From contig NMRA01000432.1 of the NCBI GenBank assembly GCA_002633005.1, forward strand, positions 130,070 through 194,069: DNA of 64,000 bases, in the 5' to 3' direction. Made by a program: the position numbers and the translations under genes. Positions 13,102 to 25,971 of the stretch are shown here, one piece after another. The DNA is from Phoronis australis. Its lineage: Eukaryota; Animalia; Phoronida. The notes beneath the pieces were generated by a model that was given only the letters and a program-made list of their open reading frames with translations, did not search any database and had not been told where the DNA came from. The number at the start of each line of letters is the position of its first letter. The stretch's first letter is position 1.

Positions 13102-14360
13102 GTGAGCAGGCAGGTGTAGGGACTTGTATTTCATACCTCCGTGTGTTTCTTTGTGTAGGGCATTTTTGTGAGAGAAAAGTGCATCTTGAAAAGGCAATTG
13201 ACACTGGTCTAAAAAAAATTTATTCAATGATGTCATTGGTTTCAGTCAGTCAGAAACCAATTCTATTCTCATGGGCTGACTTTGCTCATGGTTTTCAAAG
13301 AAATTTGGAATGTTCTACCTTCGCAGTTGTTTCAAAACATACTTGGTTTATAACATTGTCGTCCTCTTTTCTGCTCACATGTCCTTCACAAGAATTTACA
13401 ATCTCAAATTAAAGAAAAGTCTGCTCCAAAAACGACTCCTTCATCTTTTTCCACTTGCGCCACAGGGAACTCTCAGAGACTGCACTACCCTCGTTTCCAA
13501 ATGGCATACGAGTAAAAGCTAGGTCAGAAGATAAATTGCTGATGTCATTTTTCAAATCACACCATTAACTTTACAGCTGAGGTACTTTTCATAAAATGAC
13601 ATGGGGAGATTTCTCTGGAACATGTTGGTATTTATAATTTACATTGTCAACTTCTTTTATCACCTAACTTTTTCTGTGTTCATTTGCACCCGGTATGGTT
13701 TTTGGTTCTTTTCGACCTTGCAACTACCACTGTACAGATGATATTTTGATTTACCAAATTTAGGAAAACTTGTGTTCCAAGGAGTATCTGCCTTCTCTGG
13801 CGTGTCTGTAAAAAGATTTTTATAGACGGATTACATGTCTAAATTGGATTCGTGTACAGTACGCGTCAATAGTAATTGGACAAAATATTTCCTTGACACG
13901 ACAGGTCATTCTATTGGGCGTCATGACAGGGAATTATACTTGCACTTAGCAATCATTCTGGGTCATTTTGTCTGATTGTTTGAGTACTATAACTTGCAAT
14001 TGGTTGAAAATTGGAAGGATTATATTTTGGGGAGGGTTGACCAGTTTTGGATTTTCTGAATTTAAAAAAGTTAACTGTAAGTGAGGATACTCTTCACTGC
14101 ACACAAAGTTCTGTCGTGGTAAGGGAAATAACGAGGCCTATTTTATAGGAGTGAGTGGTCACAATTTTGAGGGGGTGGCAGCCACCATAAGGCATTTTCA
14201 GCATATTTAATTGTTCTTAACCTTCACCATATTGCTCGAAATTGCTACTTACTGTTCATGTTTGGCTGTCTTGGTATTTTTGAAACTGCGGGGAGTATTT
14301 ATTCAAGATGTGAAGGAACACGTGATATTTGTTTGTTTAACCTGTGATATTTGTTTGCAG

Positions 14361-14412
14361 GACACGGTAGAAAAGAAATTGTCACAGATGATCCTTGACA
14401 AAAAGTTTTCAG
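14361..14412 (+). CDS. PSMD11: PSMD11 coding exon
   Basis: tgcag|...|gtaac; DTVEKKLSQMILDKKFS(G). Confidence 0.96.
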
Positions 14413-14817
14413 GTAACACGATACTTGTTTTCGCACGTGTATTGTTGTAGCCTGAGTCTTATTAGCTAATGGTTTGTGTTTATGTACCGTAGTAAAACTT
14501 GTGATTAAACTTATTGAATTCAGTTGAAGCAGAGTGTTCAGTGCAGTCATAAGTAGTTTTGTTCTACAAAATCTGTAAACACTGCATTGTTTCCCATTGA
14601 AGTCGGCGAATTGTTTTCAATTTTCTCTCTCGGTTGTTTTCTTTTGATTTTGAAGTAGTTGTCATTTGGGGTGGTTGGCATTATATGGAATGGAATATGG
14701 AGATTTAGAGTCATTTGTTGATTGTGACAAGATTACAGTGTGTATCAGCAAATGGGTGTCTATGTGTAGACTGTACTAATGATTGTACTAACAAAATAAA
14801 ATTATCATTTTGTTCAG

Positions 14818-14960
14818 GTATTTTGGACCAAGGCCAGGGAGTACTGATTATATTTGATGAGACATCCTCTGATAAAACGTACGAAAATGCTCTAGAGACC
14901 ATACAGAGTATGGGCAAAGTGGTGGACACACTGTACAATAAGGCAAAGAAACTGTCGTAA
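14818..14960 (+). CDS. PSMD11: PSMD11 last coding exon
   Basis: ttcag|; [47 protein letters not shown]. Confidence 0.97.
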
Positions 14961-15158
14961 TGGCTGAGACCAACCCTTAGCACTTTGGACTTCTTAATAG
15001 TTGTGGCTACCTAAGGTTTGAGTTGTGTGTAATATGAGCTCACGGAATCTACACATCATCTACATTACTGTGGATTTAGGTCATATGGTGTAGATGTTCA
15101 GGTTCTCACAGTCGTACGTTGCTGGTTTGACTGTCAAACTGGCTCTAGTTACATTTAA

Positions 15159-15479
15159 AGGGGAAGGCAACATTTTTTCATGTCATTTTTAGCAAAAATA
15201 AGGTTCACTGGTTATCCCAGACATATTTTCACTTAATTACAACTTTTTGCAATTTAATTAATTATTTGTCCTCTACTCCGGAAGTGACGTTTTGGAAGGA
15301 AAGAATTTCTCGCCAATTTCTTTTCATATAGTCTGACTGTCCCAAATCGACACTTCTGGAATAGAGTACGAGTAATTGTTTAAATTACAAAAAACTGTAA
15401 TTAACTGAAAAATATGTCCAGGATAATAAACGAACATTATTTTTGCTAAAACTGACATGAAAAAAGGTTGCCTTCGCCT
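15159..15479. mobile_element. Palindromic Kolobok-type MITE about 200 bp downstream of the PSMD11 stop
   Basis: TTAA|AGGGGAAGGCAAC ... GTTGCCTTCGCCT|TTAA, with imperfect inverted arms of about 135 bp. Confidence 0.85.
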
Positions 15480-16608
15480 TTAATATCTAGATGTTCGTGG
15501 TCTCATAGGACTTGGCATTGCAAAAAGTTGGGTGTGTCTTTTGTTAGCTCATCTTTCAACAACACATTAAGCTATATTCATTTTACAATAGAACGCCAAT
15601 AAAACTTAAAATCCATTTGTAAAATCTGGGTGCAGAATAGCCCCTTTCGCAGAGTTCCAACCAAAGAGTGAAGCCTGTTACAGCAAATGTAATGGGAATA
15701 GGTTGCTTTTCATATGGAATGTGGCTGTAACCAAGTTTCCCATCAAAGCAGCAGGTGCTGTAAATGACACCCATGTAAGAACCCCTTCAAGAAAGCTTCG
15801 TCTAATCTTGATGTGTGATTCATGAAAATTGTCATTTCTGTTCACAGCGTAGGGAGCATTACAATTTCAAATGTCGATGTTCTATAAAATGATCGAATTC
15901 TGTAACATGCATGAATTCTATATTGGATTTGGAAACTTAAATCACAAACAAAGGAGATGAAAATGTAAAGTTTGTTTTTAAAAGTAAAATCACCAACATT
16001 GCTTTGAACACGAACATCTTGTTTGGCAAAGCAGGATACTTGTACAATTATTGCTTACCGTAGTAGAGGCTACCCCACAGTCTGTGGTCATATCACCAAC
16101 ACACTTGAGTTCAAGTAGTCAACAGAACCAATTGTGCTTTTTTTCTTTGGCCTAACTGAATGCACAATGATTGTAAGTGGAACACCAAGATTGTTGTATT
16201 GTTTGTAATTAAATACATTTCATATAGTTAATACATGTTTACTGAAATCTGTTATTAGTGTTTTTTATACTGCCACACTATGAACTGTTGTTGCTGATGA
16301 GCAGTGATGATTTGGTTATCAGCAACTGGAATGGGTAACGTGTGTTGCTTCTCAGGGATTTATATTGTTGGCAGGTGGGACCATATGATAGGTGGGGATG
16401 ACGCACACATTGCTATCTTAAGATAATACCTCCTACAATCTGCTTTAAAATACCTTCCTTGAAGGGTCTTTTATGGACCCACATGTACATAACACATGAA
16501 TGTGGTTAAAAATCAAAACCTCTGCCATTTCACCGAAAAGATTCAGGTCTTGATTTTTGACAACTGTGTTTTTGATCTAAATAGGCCTTGCTGATTTTTC
16601 TAGACATC

Positions 16609-17960
16609 CAGTGGGGAATCTACGGGGGGTTCAGGGAGTTCCCCCCTTGGAACTGCAAAACGAAAACGCCACCGCCAGCGTGGGTAAACCCCAAGTAAAC
16701 CACTTCGAAAAAATTGAGGGGGGGTTCACCCTGAAAATATTTCTTTCTATTGTGATTTACTGTAATCACGAAAAGCAACACATTCCGAGTTCGTGGCTCA
16801 TCGGCAAGTCGCGCAGTGTTTAATTGTGCGCGCGCTTCCGTCGACACTGCTGAAGTCAGCCAAGCACTTTAGATGGATCCACCGTGGATGATCTATAGCT
16901 GATATTTCAAGTTAACTAACTTTACTCTAAGATATGTTTTGATTTACTTAGGGAAAATATTGTGGTACTGCAACTTTTGATATTCATGTGAATCGACGTT
17001 CAACGTTTTTACCTCATCTGTCTTGCCTTGACATGCTATTACACTACACACGTTTGTAACTTGAATTTGACAGGTGTATAATAAAGTTGTCTTGCGCAAT
17101 ACTCATACAGTGTACATGTAATGTGCATATTATAAAAATCATCAACTCGTTTTCCGAAAAATTGTTTGGCCGTAGGAAGGGCTGTTGTGGCGGGCGCTGT
17201 GGTATGTTCGCGAGTCCGTTTCACGGTACACCTTAGCAAGTTAGGCCTATACAAGGAATGAACCGGGCGGAGGGGTGCACCCACATTGACAAGGTGACCG
17301 CATTCGCGAACAGTGTACAGACTAGAAATTGCGGGTAAGTTGTACTTTCTGAGCAAAGTCTTGAGGGATTCGCACGGTGTTCAATAGGCCTCTTAAGGAG
17401 CCCTGATTCCGAGCTCAGCACCGACAGTCTTCTTAGCCGCAATAAGCACACCACTGCCGTCTTCTATATTCGAAATTTCCGCACAAGGGCCCACCCGAGG
17501 AAACACCCATGCCCGTGAGTGTTTATTTGGTGTTACAACTTCGGCCGGGTTTCAAGTGTTCGGAAATTAGGACGTTTATATTCCGAAAATTGCAAGAGAT
17601 GCACATTTGTCATGGGATAGGCCTAGATCGTCTTTGACAAAAGCGCACGGTGTGAAGCAGTCCCTGATGAACGGGTCAAATATAGTTGCGTTTGCAACTA
17701 TTTTGAATGGGCTTGACAACCTCAAGGAGCAAAGTGCCAAGCTCAGTGCAAAACGAGATGCTGACATTGTAGAGGCTTACAAGCTCATTGACACAACAGT
17801 TGACGAAGTGCAAGCATTGGAAACAAATTTAAGATGTCTGGGTTGAATTGTTCCAAGACGCACAAACCATACGTGACAACGTTGGATCCGATATACAGAT
17901 TCCTCGGCACTTCAGACAACAGAGACATAGGGCTAACGTTCCTGCATGCAGAAACACCCA
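16609..17960 (+). mobile_element. Deleted hAT-type element with transposase remnant
   Basis: CAGTGG.GAATCTACGGGG terminus; remnant KRDADIVEAYKLIDTTV...IPRHFRQQRHRANVP resembles PRKRIR/THAP12-like hAT transposases; inverted copy at 32280-33486. Confidence 0.7.
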
Positions 17961-18559
17961 CGTAATAAATTATAATTCTTCATATATATGACGGTTGTCT
18001 GACGTACTTTTTTCATTGAGGTTTGTGCACAAGGAAAATGAAATAGAAATTATTTTCGACGTGCCAAACTTTTCCCAGTAAAGCACAGGGTCTACGAGCC
18101 CGCAGAAACTGATTGTAGTTTATATTTCCACTTGGCTCTTTATCAGACTACCAAAATCTAATTCACATATTGTGTAATTAAATTTATAGTTTATACTTCC
18201 AGTTAGTACTACAGAAGAACGGTGGAACAACCCTTCCTAGACAGCATCCCACAGCGGTTGACCTACATGTTTTCGAAAGATAACAGGCGGGTGGAAGCTG
18301 TCATTTCTTATGCCATTAGCGGATAGCAGAAGGAGGGATGTAGACTTAGTCTCACTTGAGGATCGGCTGCATTTCTGGGACAAGTATTGTACATGTACTC
18401 AGGCAACCTTAAACAAACAGATATTTCAGCCATTTTTGGAGTTCAAGTTTATAACAAACCGCAATAGCCACCTCTATAATGAACCAAAATATACGTTAAC
18501 TCGTCGAGTAAATTCTGAAAACTTTTTGGGGAGACCCCAAACACCATGGGATGCCGCGT

Positions 18560-19297
18560 TTCCCATGTTCCCGCGGTTGCCCGTCCGAAGTCTGCGAGTG
18601 TTCCATCGGGAATTGCTTAGAACGGTCTTGTGTTTTTTGAAATTAGAACCTAATCTTCAGTTGAAATAACATATAGAATTGATACCTCACTAGAGTAAGT
18701 CTTATGTCCTGGCCCAGCCACCAGAAACTGGGTTACCCGTGTTTTAACAAGGAGTTTTGAAACAGCCATAAAGGCACTGTACCAGGAACCCCGTAAGCTC
18801 ACCCTTTCAAAATACACCTCCAAAACATGAGCCTCAAATGAATTTTCCCAAAATTGGAGCTGATCTTGACCTTAGAACCAGCGCAGACGGATAGGTACGA
18901 GCTGAGTTGCCTGTCTTCAGTGAATCTTACATTAGCTGAGCTAATCAGCGGCTAGCTTAGTTCACACCTTCAGTTGGCGTAAACAGCTGCCGGTTCACAG
19001 CAATAGTTTACTTGACACAGACATCCCAGCTCCCAAGTATACGTCTGCACTGGCCCTGTAAGACCTTAATTCTCACTCTCCGTGAAATTTTGTTGAAGCA
19101 CGGTTACTGAAGTTCCGGTGGCTGCCTCTCCAGGATTAGCTCCCAAATATTTCGGGCGTGAATTTTCAGTACTAAACTGGCACCATTCTGGTAATGGGAT
19201 AGGGGTGGTGATATGAAGGGGGGGGGGGCAAAAGTTTGGCGGAGTCGATTTGGTTTGTGACACCCCCACCAAGAATTCTTACCTTGCTACGGGCCTG
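18560..19297 (+). mobile_element. hAT-like non-autonomous repeat; homologous copy at about 42270-43260
   Basis: Shared CCCATGTTCCC..GGTTGCCCGTC and CAGCCACCAGAAACTGG...TTTTGAAACAGCC blocks; ends with hAT-like GCTACGGGCCTG. Confidence 0.6.
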
Positions 19298-20219
19298 TTG
19301 CATTGTTTTTATCTCACCAACCATTTTGCAAAGTGTACGGGCGCATACGATTGGTGCTAAAGTCTATAATGAATCCAAGTAGAAACATTTAACCCGATGA
19401 TCAATATAAAATTAAATAGGTAATTTATTGCTAACAGTTGAAGATCACGTTCTGTGACAGGTTGTTACATGACAAATCCCACGAGGGGAAACAACTGTCG
19501 AGAATATATGATATAATCATTTTATCCCCCACTTTGAGCTTTCAACTCTACAAAACTTATGAAACAAAAAAAGAAAATATTCACTTTTCGCTGTGCTTGA
19601 CGTCTGCCGTCCCTGTGCAGTGCAGTGGGTCAAACCACACGTGTGAGCGTTTTCCTTCAGACCAGCTCAATCATGCATGTACATAACGTTTTCCCACAGG
19701 AAATAACTGTAGGTCTATAGGTTGCAGTATTCAGTGACTGTTTATGCATGTATCGTGGCGTAAATGCAAGTACACAAGTCTGAACAGTTAATAACTACTG
19801 CGTAAAAACCATGTTCCGTAGATCTGTTTACGATTTGGCAAGAAAATGGGATGGCCATGCTGCACTGTCGTACAGAAGACGCTCACGTGTGTACTTTAGT
19901 CCACTGCGCTGCATTACATTTGTAAGCATGACCGACGTCAAGGACAACGGCAGTGTATTTTGTGGGTTTTGTAGAATTTATTGCTCAGTGTGAAGCATAA
20001 GTAGGTTATTAAATTTCCTTGGTAGTTATTTCTTATCTAGCTAGACCTATGACATTTCTCCCAAATCCCACTCGGGGTCACGAAATAACAGCCTCGTCAT
20101 GCACATATTTATTTGAAACCTTCATTCGTTGATTCGCAATATTGTCTTTGATTATTCTTTTAAACAGATGTCAACATTTGTTCTTTTTCTTCGTCTCCGG
20201 TACTCATGTGATTTAGCTG

Positions 20220-20231
20220 TTACTGTGCGAT
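20220..20231 (-). CDS. C2-DSL-mucin-EGF protein, predicted last coding exon (IAQ*)
   Basis: ttttttgcag acceptor, phase 0 after the EGF exon; candidate AATAAA at 19424-19429 (-). Confidence 0.55.
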   Translation of the reverse strand: MAQ

Positions 20232-20605
20232 CTGCAAAAAAAGCATTGTGTTATAATTAGGCTCAGAAAAACGCATAGAAGTTACCAAACTGAAAACAGT
20301 GATGAAAAAAGGACAGCTAAGAGTTGACTTCATATTGCTTAAAACGTCTTGAAATGAATTCTAACAAAACAATTCAGCCTGAGTTATTCTTCAATAATGC
20401 CCTTTCAGCAGAGCATCAGTTTTGATCATCAAAGATGTATTTTCACAGTTCACTCAGTGGTGTACCAACAAAATGGAGGCTGAGAAGTTAATGGCTGACT
20501 TGGTCAAAATTATGTAATTCCTCGTTGCTTTTATTATGGCCAAAACTTTTTTCCAGTGTCTTAATAGCAAGGTAGATCGCCGTGTTTTCACGATATTACA
20601 TGTAC

Positions 20606-21063
20606 CTCGCAGTGTTGACCGAAGTAACCAAGCGCACATACACAGCTGTAACCAGTCATTGCGAACTCGGATTCCTTGCAAGTGGACCCATTCAAGCATG
20701 GGTTGTTCTTGCATGCAGAAGATTTCATGGTCGTAAGTGCCTCTGGTGATGGCGAAGTGGTTGTCGCCACTTCCGTTGAAACGCTCGTTTTCAATGCTTC
20801 CGCTTTTGTTAGCTGTTCTGTTGGTCGGGTAGCTGACTCAGTCGTATGGTCAGTAGTTGTGAGGACTGTGCTTGATCCTGCCTCGGGCTGTGACGTCATT
20901 GCGGGCTTGCTCGTTGTTTCTACATGCTTGTTAGTGACAGCCTTTATGATTGTAGACGATGACAGCTTGATGGTGACGACTTTAATGGAAGGCATGGTTG
21001 GTGACAGCGTCGAGGTCTTTACACTGTGAGGAGTTACACAGTTTGTTGTATTATCTTTGTATC
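20606..21063 (-). CDS. C2-DSL protein exon 6: end of DSL, Thr/Ser-rich stalk, EGF repeat
   Basis: GYKDNTTNC...STTSPSPEALTTMKSSACKNNPCLNGSTCKESEFAMTGYSCVCALGYFGQHCE; cag|...|gtac. Confidence 0.9.
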
Positions 21064-21217
21064 CTGCTCAAAAAATTCATGTTGATAATGACGCTCCAAT
21101 TGAGTATACATGGGAGGCGCAGCACTGAAAAAAATGGGGCTATAGCNGTATAGAACTGATAAATTCTTACAAATGTATCCAAAATTCCATGTTATTAAGA
21201 CAGAAAACCGTCTCAGC

Positions 21218-21475
21218 CAATGGCAGATTTACGGGGGTTCAAGAACTCTAACGCTCCCCAGCTTGAGTTAATGACCTCTGCGTCAAAATGTTTTAATTTC
21301 TTTCCTTTTGACGAGGAGACAGAATATTGCGCGCGGTGTCAGACTATATTTTCCAAAGTACAAGCATTCTCAATAGCTGGCTAAAAGGTACGCAATTAAC
21401 ATTTTTTGTTCTTGCCCGGAAGGAGGCCTTAAGCAATGATCCGATCCCGTCGACAAAATCGTAAATCCGCCACTA
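21218..21475. mobile_element. hAT-like MITE in intron
   Basis: CAATGGCAGATTTACG ... CGTAAATCCGCCACTA inverted ends. Confidence 0.55.
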
Positions 21476-21887
21476 GAGAACATACGTAGGCAATGCGTAA
21501 CCTTGAGAGCACACGCATGGATTTCACTGGGTGTGGTTTTGTGATAATGGAAGTCTTTTATCCCAGGAGGTTACAACCTTACGAGCGCCCTCGCTGCCAA
21601 ACTATTGATAGCAAGTAAGTTTTCGATTTTTTCCATACTGAAACTGTGAAAGCACGTGACTCTTCCGTGACGTGCTTTAGTGAGCTGATTGCTGTCCACC
21701 TGCAGAGCTCGTGGCTCTGTCAACACTTTTATCCCGTCCGTGTGAGCCCGAACGGAATGCAATCTCCTACACGACAAGAAGGCTGATCTGCCCTCTGATT
21801 TGGCAGATCAGGTGTCTGACGAGCGTTCACATGTGATATTTTGCATACATATGGCAGATCAATCGTCCGATCAGAAGCCACTGAGAC

Positions 21888-22128
21888 CATGCGCGCGCCC
21901 AGGCCCCCATTTGGCAAATTGGGTAAAAAGGTCCGCCTCAGAAGTACAAGAAGTCCGAGAAAACGAGATAAAAGTCCACTAAAGAGACGCAGACGCACAG
22001 TTCAAGTTCACAGACCTGAAGGTGGTACCCCGTTTTTTTAGTCCTGCCGCATTTTTGTTTGCAAAAGGTTCACTTTGAAAGAAAGTCGAGCCCCCCCCCC
22101 CATATATTAAAGGCTGGGTACGCGCATG
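21888..22128. mobile_element. MITE with CATGCGCG termini; related copy at 52867-53127
   Basis: TIR CATGCGCGCGCCCAG / CTGGGTACGCGCATG; GAGAC on both flanks. Confidence 0.7.
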
Positions 22129-22201
22129 GAGACCGGAAGGCATGTGAACGATACGAAGTGTTCGTAACTTTCTTATTTGATGTATGCTTTGTGATAAATA
22201 C

Positions 22202-22338
22202 CTTGTAGACATAATTTGTAGCCAGTTTTTGGGTCGCACTTATAGTGACCTGTGTCGTCGTCTCGCGGGATGCAGTACTGAATGCATTTGTCGCCGTAAT
22301 AGTTCGGCTCGCATCTGGCGACAATTTCGTATTGTAGT
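22202..22338 (-). CDS. C2-DSL protein exon 5: DSL domain
   Basis: tacag|...|gtatt; LQYEIVARCEPNYYGDKCIQYCIPRDDDTGHYKCDPKTGYKLCLQ(G) fits the DSL consensus. Confidence 0.93.
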
Positions 22339-23341
22339 CTGTAGACAGAAAGTTATATGATCAATTCAAGGTAATGTATCACCATGGTGTACCAAAGTTC
22401 GGACACTGCACCCCCAGTGCTGTAGTGGTCGCCCAAAACCCACCGTATTATCTTGAGCCCTGAACGTAACTTGTGGTACCTAAGCGATACGTTCAAATGC
22501 CAAAAGCTGGTTAGCTGCGCCTACGTGCGCCTATGCCCCACTACAGCATTGTGCACCCCTAGTAGTAATAGATTTAGGAACCATACAAACTTGTGAGCTT
22601 TCGCACTCGAATATAACCTAGCAACAAAGCGGGCGTCCTTACGGTTCCTGAAAACACGGGACTAAACTGGATCAGATTGGTATTCTACAATTTTTCATGT
22701 CTATTAATTTCCTGTGATGGCATATCAGTAAAGATTTGATCAACTGAAGCCAAATACCTACACTATACACTAGCTTGCTAGAGGTGAATAACGTGTATTT
22801 CTACGTTTGTCAGTTTAGATATCTTCTTTCAACCAAACTATAAATTTGCATGAATTTCACGGCACATCAATACGCGCGTCGCTTAAACTGCAAATATTTC
22901 TTGGGAATCGAAAGACTTGAACGTGCAACGTCAAAAATTCCTAAGACATCAAAGTGTCACCCAAGTAATCATGCTATCAAAGTTACAGGGTCGCATGACT
23001 TCTTAAGATGCCTTGACTCGCTTTCCACCGCAGGATTAGTTGCAGTCCGTCCAGAGAGATCCTACCTGCTTTAGGTCATCACAATCATGCAAGACTCTCG
23101 AAGACGGTTTGCGATCCCACGCGAATAGTCCTGAAATATCAAATTGTCCCGTACCACGTCTTCCTCAAATGCCAGTGGAAACCAGTGGCTGTACACTGCG
23201 GAGGATCAGGGGAAATAAATCACACTAGGTTGGTATCACCAAAAAGGAGAAGAAAACGGGGCCGCCACAACAAAATTGCGTCCCTGACTTACTTAATAAA
23301 CCCTCAGTCGCTTATTTCGTACATCCGTCCCTCGGAATTAC

Positions 23342-23490
23342 CTTGTCATAATTTTTCCTTGTCCCAAGAGAGCGAATTGTCTCACTTGTCCGTCTGGCTT
23401 GAAAATGTGATCCCTAACAAAAAAATCCACCAAATCGGATTTTGATAATAGATCACGATCCCCAACTTTGACTTTTACACGAACGCTCCC
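23342..23490 (-). CDS. C2-DSL protein exon 4 (C2/MNNL C-terminal half)
   Basis: tttag|...|gtaat; GSVRVKVKVGDRDLLSKSDLVDFFVRDHIFKPDGQVRQFALLGQGKIMT(R); phases match both neighbours. Confidence 0.85.
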
Positions 23491-23878
23491 CTAAAACAGA
23501 TAATGAATAAAGTGTGTTTTTTAAAGTACATGTTCATAAAGTTTGACAGACAATGTTGGCAGTTAAAGCTTTTCGTTAACGGACTCAAGAAATGACAAGA
23601 CAAACTGTGCAATGTTAAGAGAAAATTAAAGCATCATTAATGTTTGTAATTGTTCACATTGGTAACTGTGAAACGATTTAAAACTCGTTAACCTGTCGTG
23701 CTTATTAGCGAATAATTTCTGGTTACACAGTTAACAATTGCGTAAGATCGAAATTCATTATTTTTCGCAGTCACTGAGGTACATATAATTGACGTGTCGA
23801 GCAACTTCATAACAGATCATCATTAAATATCTCATTCGTTTATGTTCTTGTATAAATGCGCATTATTTATCTCGTTAC

Positions 23879-24017
23879 CGGCCAAACTGTGAATTGTAGT
23901 TTGATGGGATTCCTCAGACCTCTGACGTCGTCGGCAAATGTAAGAGAATTTCCCTTCATAGGCTTGGACGAACTCTTGGCATATCTACAGTGATCTATGC
24001 TCTCCTTTGGATAATCG
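23879..24017 (-). CDS. C2-DSL protein exon 3 (C2/MNNL)
   Basis: tatag|...|gtaac; DYPKESIDHCRYAKSSSKPMKGNSLTFADDVRGLRNPIKLQFTVWP (NP..F..WP motif). Confidence 0.9.
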
Positions 24018-25682
24018 CTATAAAACAAATTACGTAACAGCTGTATTGTTGCCTAGTAACTAAGACACTGGATGTAGGGAAATCAACCCAAATAGACAAA
24101 CAAAGGCGATCGAAAGGTAGAAAAAATGGCGATATTTAAGGAGTAATAAAAAACGTCTTGACTCAGCCAACTTAATAAAAAATCAGTGCCATCTCGAGCC
24201 TTACTCAGATTGGAGGTGACTGTTTTCTAGGCTTGAGAAGAAATTAAAGTGTGTTATTTCGTCAGACCAGTAGCTAAATTGCTTGTCACGGAGGGTTAGT
24301 ATCAGACGCTAATATGGCAGTATGGATAGAATTACAGGCGATTTATTGTAACCAATTTCAATTCAATCAATGCATGAGAATAAGACGACGCTGCTTTTGA
24401 CGAAGGGCAAACAGAGCTAATACGTGTAAGTCTGTGAAGAAAGTTGAGCTTTTCACACTTGGGCCAAGGTTCTAATCTTAGTAATCTAAACCTAACTCGA
24501 AATTATTTACGACTTATTCCGTCCTACTTTTGTAAAACCTCGGGATAAGTGTCTGTCATTGTGGATACATTCGCTTTTAGGTGGATGCGTTTTTAGTCCA
24601 AGTTCAAACTTGATGTTCTCTAGATTCGAGTTGAGATTCCACGTAAAAAGTCGATATTGCTTTTTAAAAGGCTGGCACTATCAAGTGAAAACCAGGATTA
24701 GACAGTTATCCGTGTAAACTATAATACACTCGAGCACAGAGTAATAGACACTTTCACGCATCTTGGTATCTATCACACAAAAGTAGAACAGAACTGATAT
24801 GTCAAAAATAATTTAGAGTATACATGTAAAATATTAGGCCCCGGTAGCAGAACATGATTACATTGGTCTTGAGAACTGATGTGTTCAACTTTCAAGTTAT
24901 TCAAAATATAAAAAGAAAAAAGCTTTGCAACTTGTCCTGGCCGGGCTGGTGATGACGAATTCATGCGCTGCCTATGGTCTGAAACTATTACTAACTGCTA
25001 GTTTTTCCCAAGTCGACATCCAACCGAGAACCCGAGATCAATTTCTACCGGTAAGTGAACTAAATCAAGCTAAATCTTAACACAAGGGAAGTTTATAATA
25101 GATTATTTTACATCTAGCTTTAACACAGGGAAAGATGTTTGAATTTTTAATGTAATGCAGTAGGATGAAACCTACAAACAAGGTATCCATAGCGTCTCTA
25201 ATTACTTAGGTCGTGAAATATTATGACGTTTTCTTGGGGAACTAGTGATTGCCCACCCGGCTCCTATGGCCTGGTGTCTAATCTCTGCACTTAAATTCGA
25301 ATTCCAACATAACTTCGTTGTTTACTGTTTCACTTTTATACAATTTAAATATAAACGTCAATTGTTCTGTGCTCGAGCATATCACGGCTTTTGTAGATGA
25401 ATATGCAACCTTAATTTGCACTTGTTGACCCAAAGTTAAAGGTACAAATTCGAGTGCGATCTCGAAAATATCGGGTGCTAACTAGACATTGAAGTACTGA
25501 GCTCTAATCTATAAGGAGCCACCAAATGCAAACTTATCTCGAGTTCGTACTGAAGAAAATAAAACGAAAATATCACAATAAATTATTATTACAGCAAGGG
25601 GCCTAAACTTTCCATCATTGACTTGAGCTAAACGACGACACAAAACTTTTCAAGCGTTCGTCACACTCCCTTAGTTACTCAC

Positions 25683-25873
25683 GTAGTTGGTTCATCGATG
25701 CATACTGTGAACTCGTGATCGCATTTTCGTAAGTTGAGAAGTCCCTTTCTGCATGTCCCAGTTCCGTAGGTCTCACAACAGTGCCCTGTGGCAACTTTCC
25801 CTTCAAAGTTATCGAATTTGAGAAGTTTCAACTCGAACAAAGTCCCAGCCCGCGCAACAACCAATAAAGTGGC
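25683..25873 (-). CDS. C2-DSL protein exon 2 (MNNL N-terminus)
   Basis: tacag|...|gtgagt; ATLLVVARAGTLFELKLLKFDNFEGKVATGHCC...CDHEFTVCIDEPT, like the Delta/Serrate N-terminus. Confidence 0.92.
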
Positions 25874-25941
25874 CTGTAAGAATGAGTCACATACGTTGCC
25901 AAGTTTACTTGGTTGAACGGGGATTACCTAGTAGAGCGTAC

Positions 25942-25971
25942 TGTTAAATAGAGCAAACTAAAAACGATCAT
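25942..25971 (-). CDS. C2-DSL protein first coding exon (signal peptide start)
   Basis: MIVFSLLYLT|gtacgc, 68-nt intron; joins in frame to give hydrophobic MIVFSLLYLTATLLVVARA. Confidence 0.75.

Noticed and set aside
23065-23195. Extra DSL-gene exon candidates (also near 22590-22648)
   Set aside because: Wrong phase or in-frame stops; 23342-23490 already joins the flanking exons in frame
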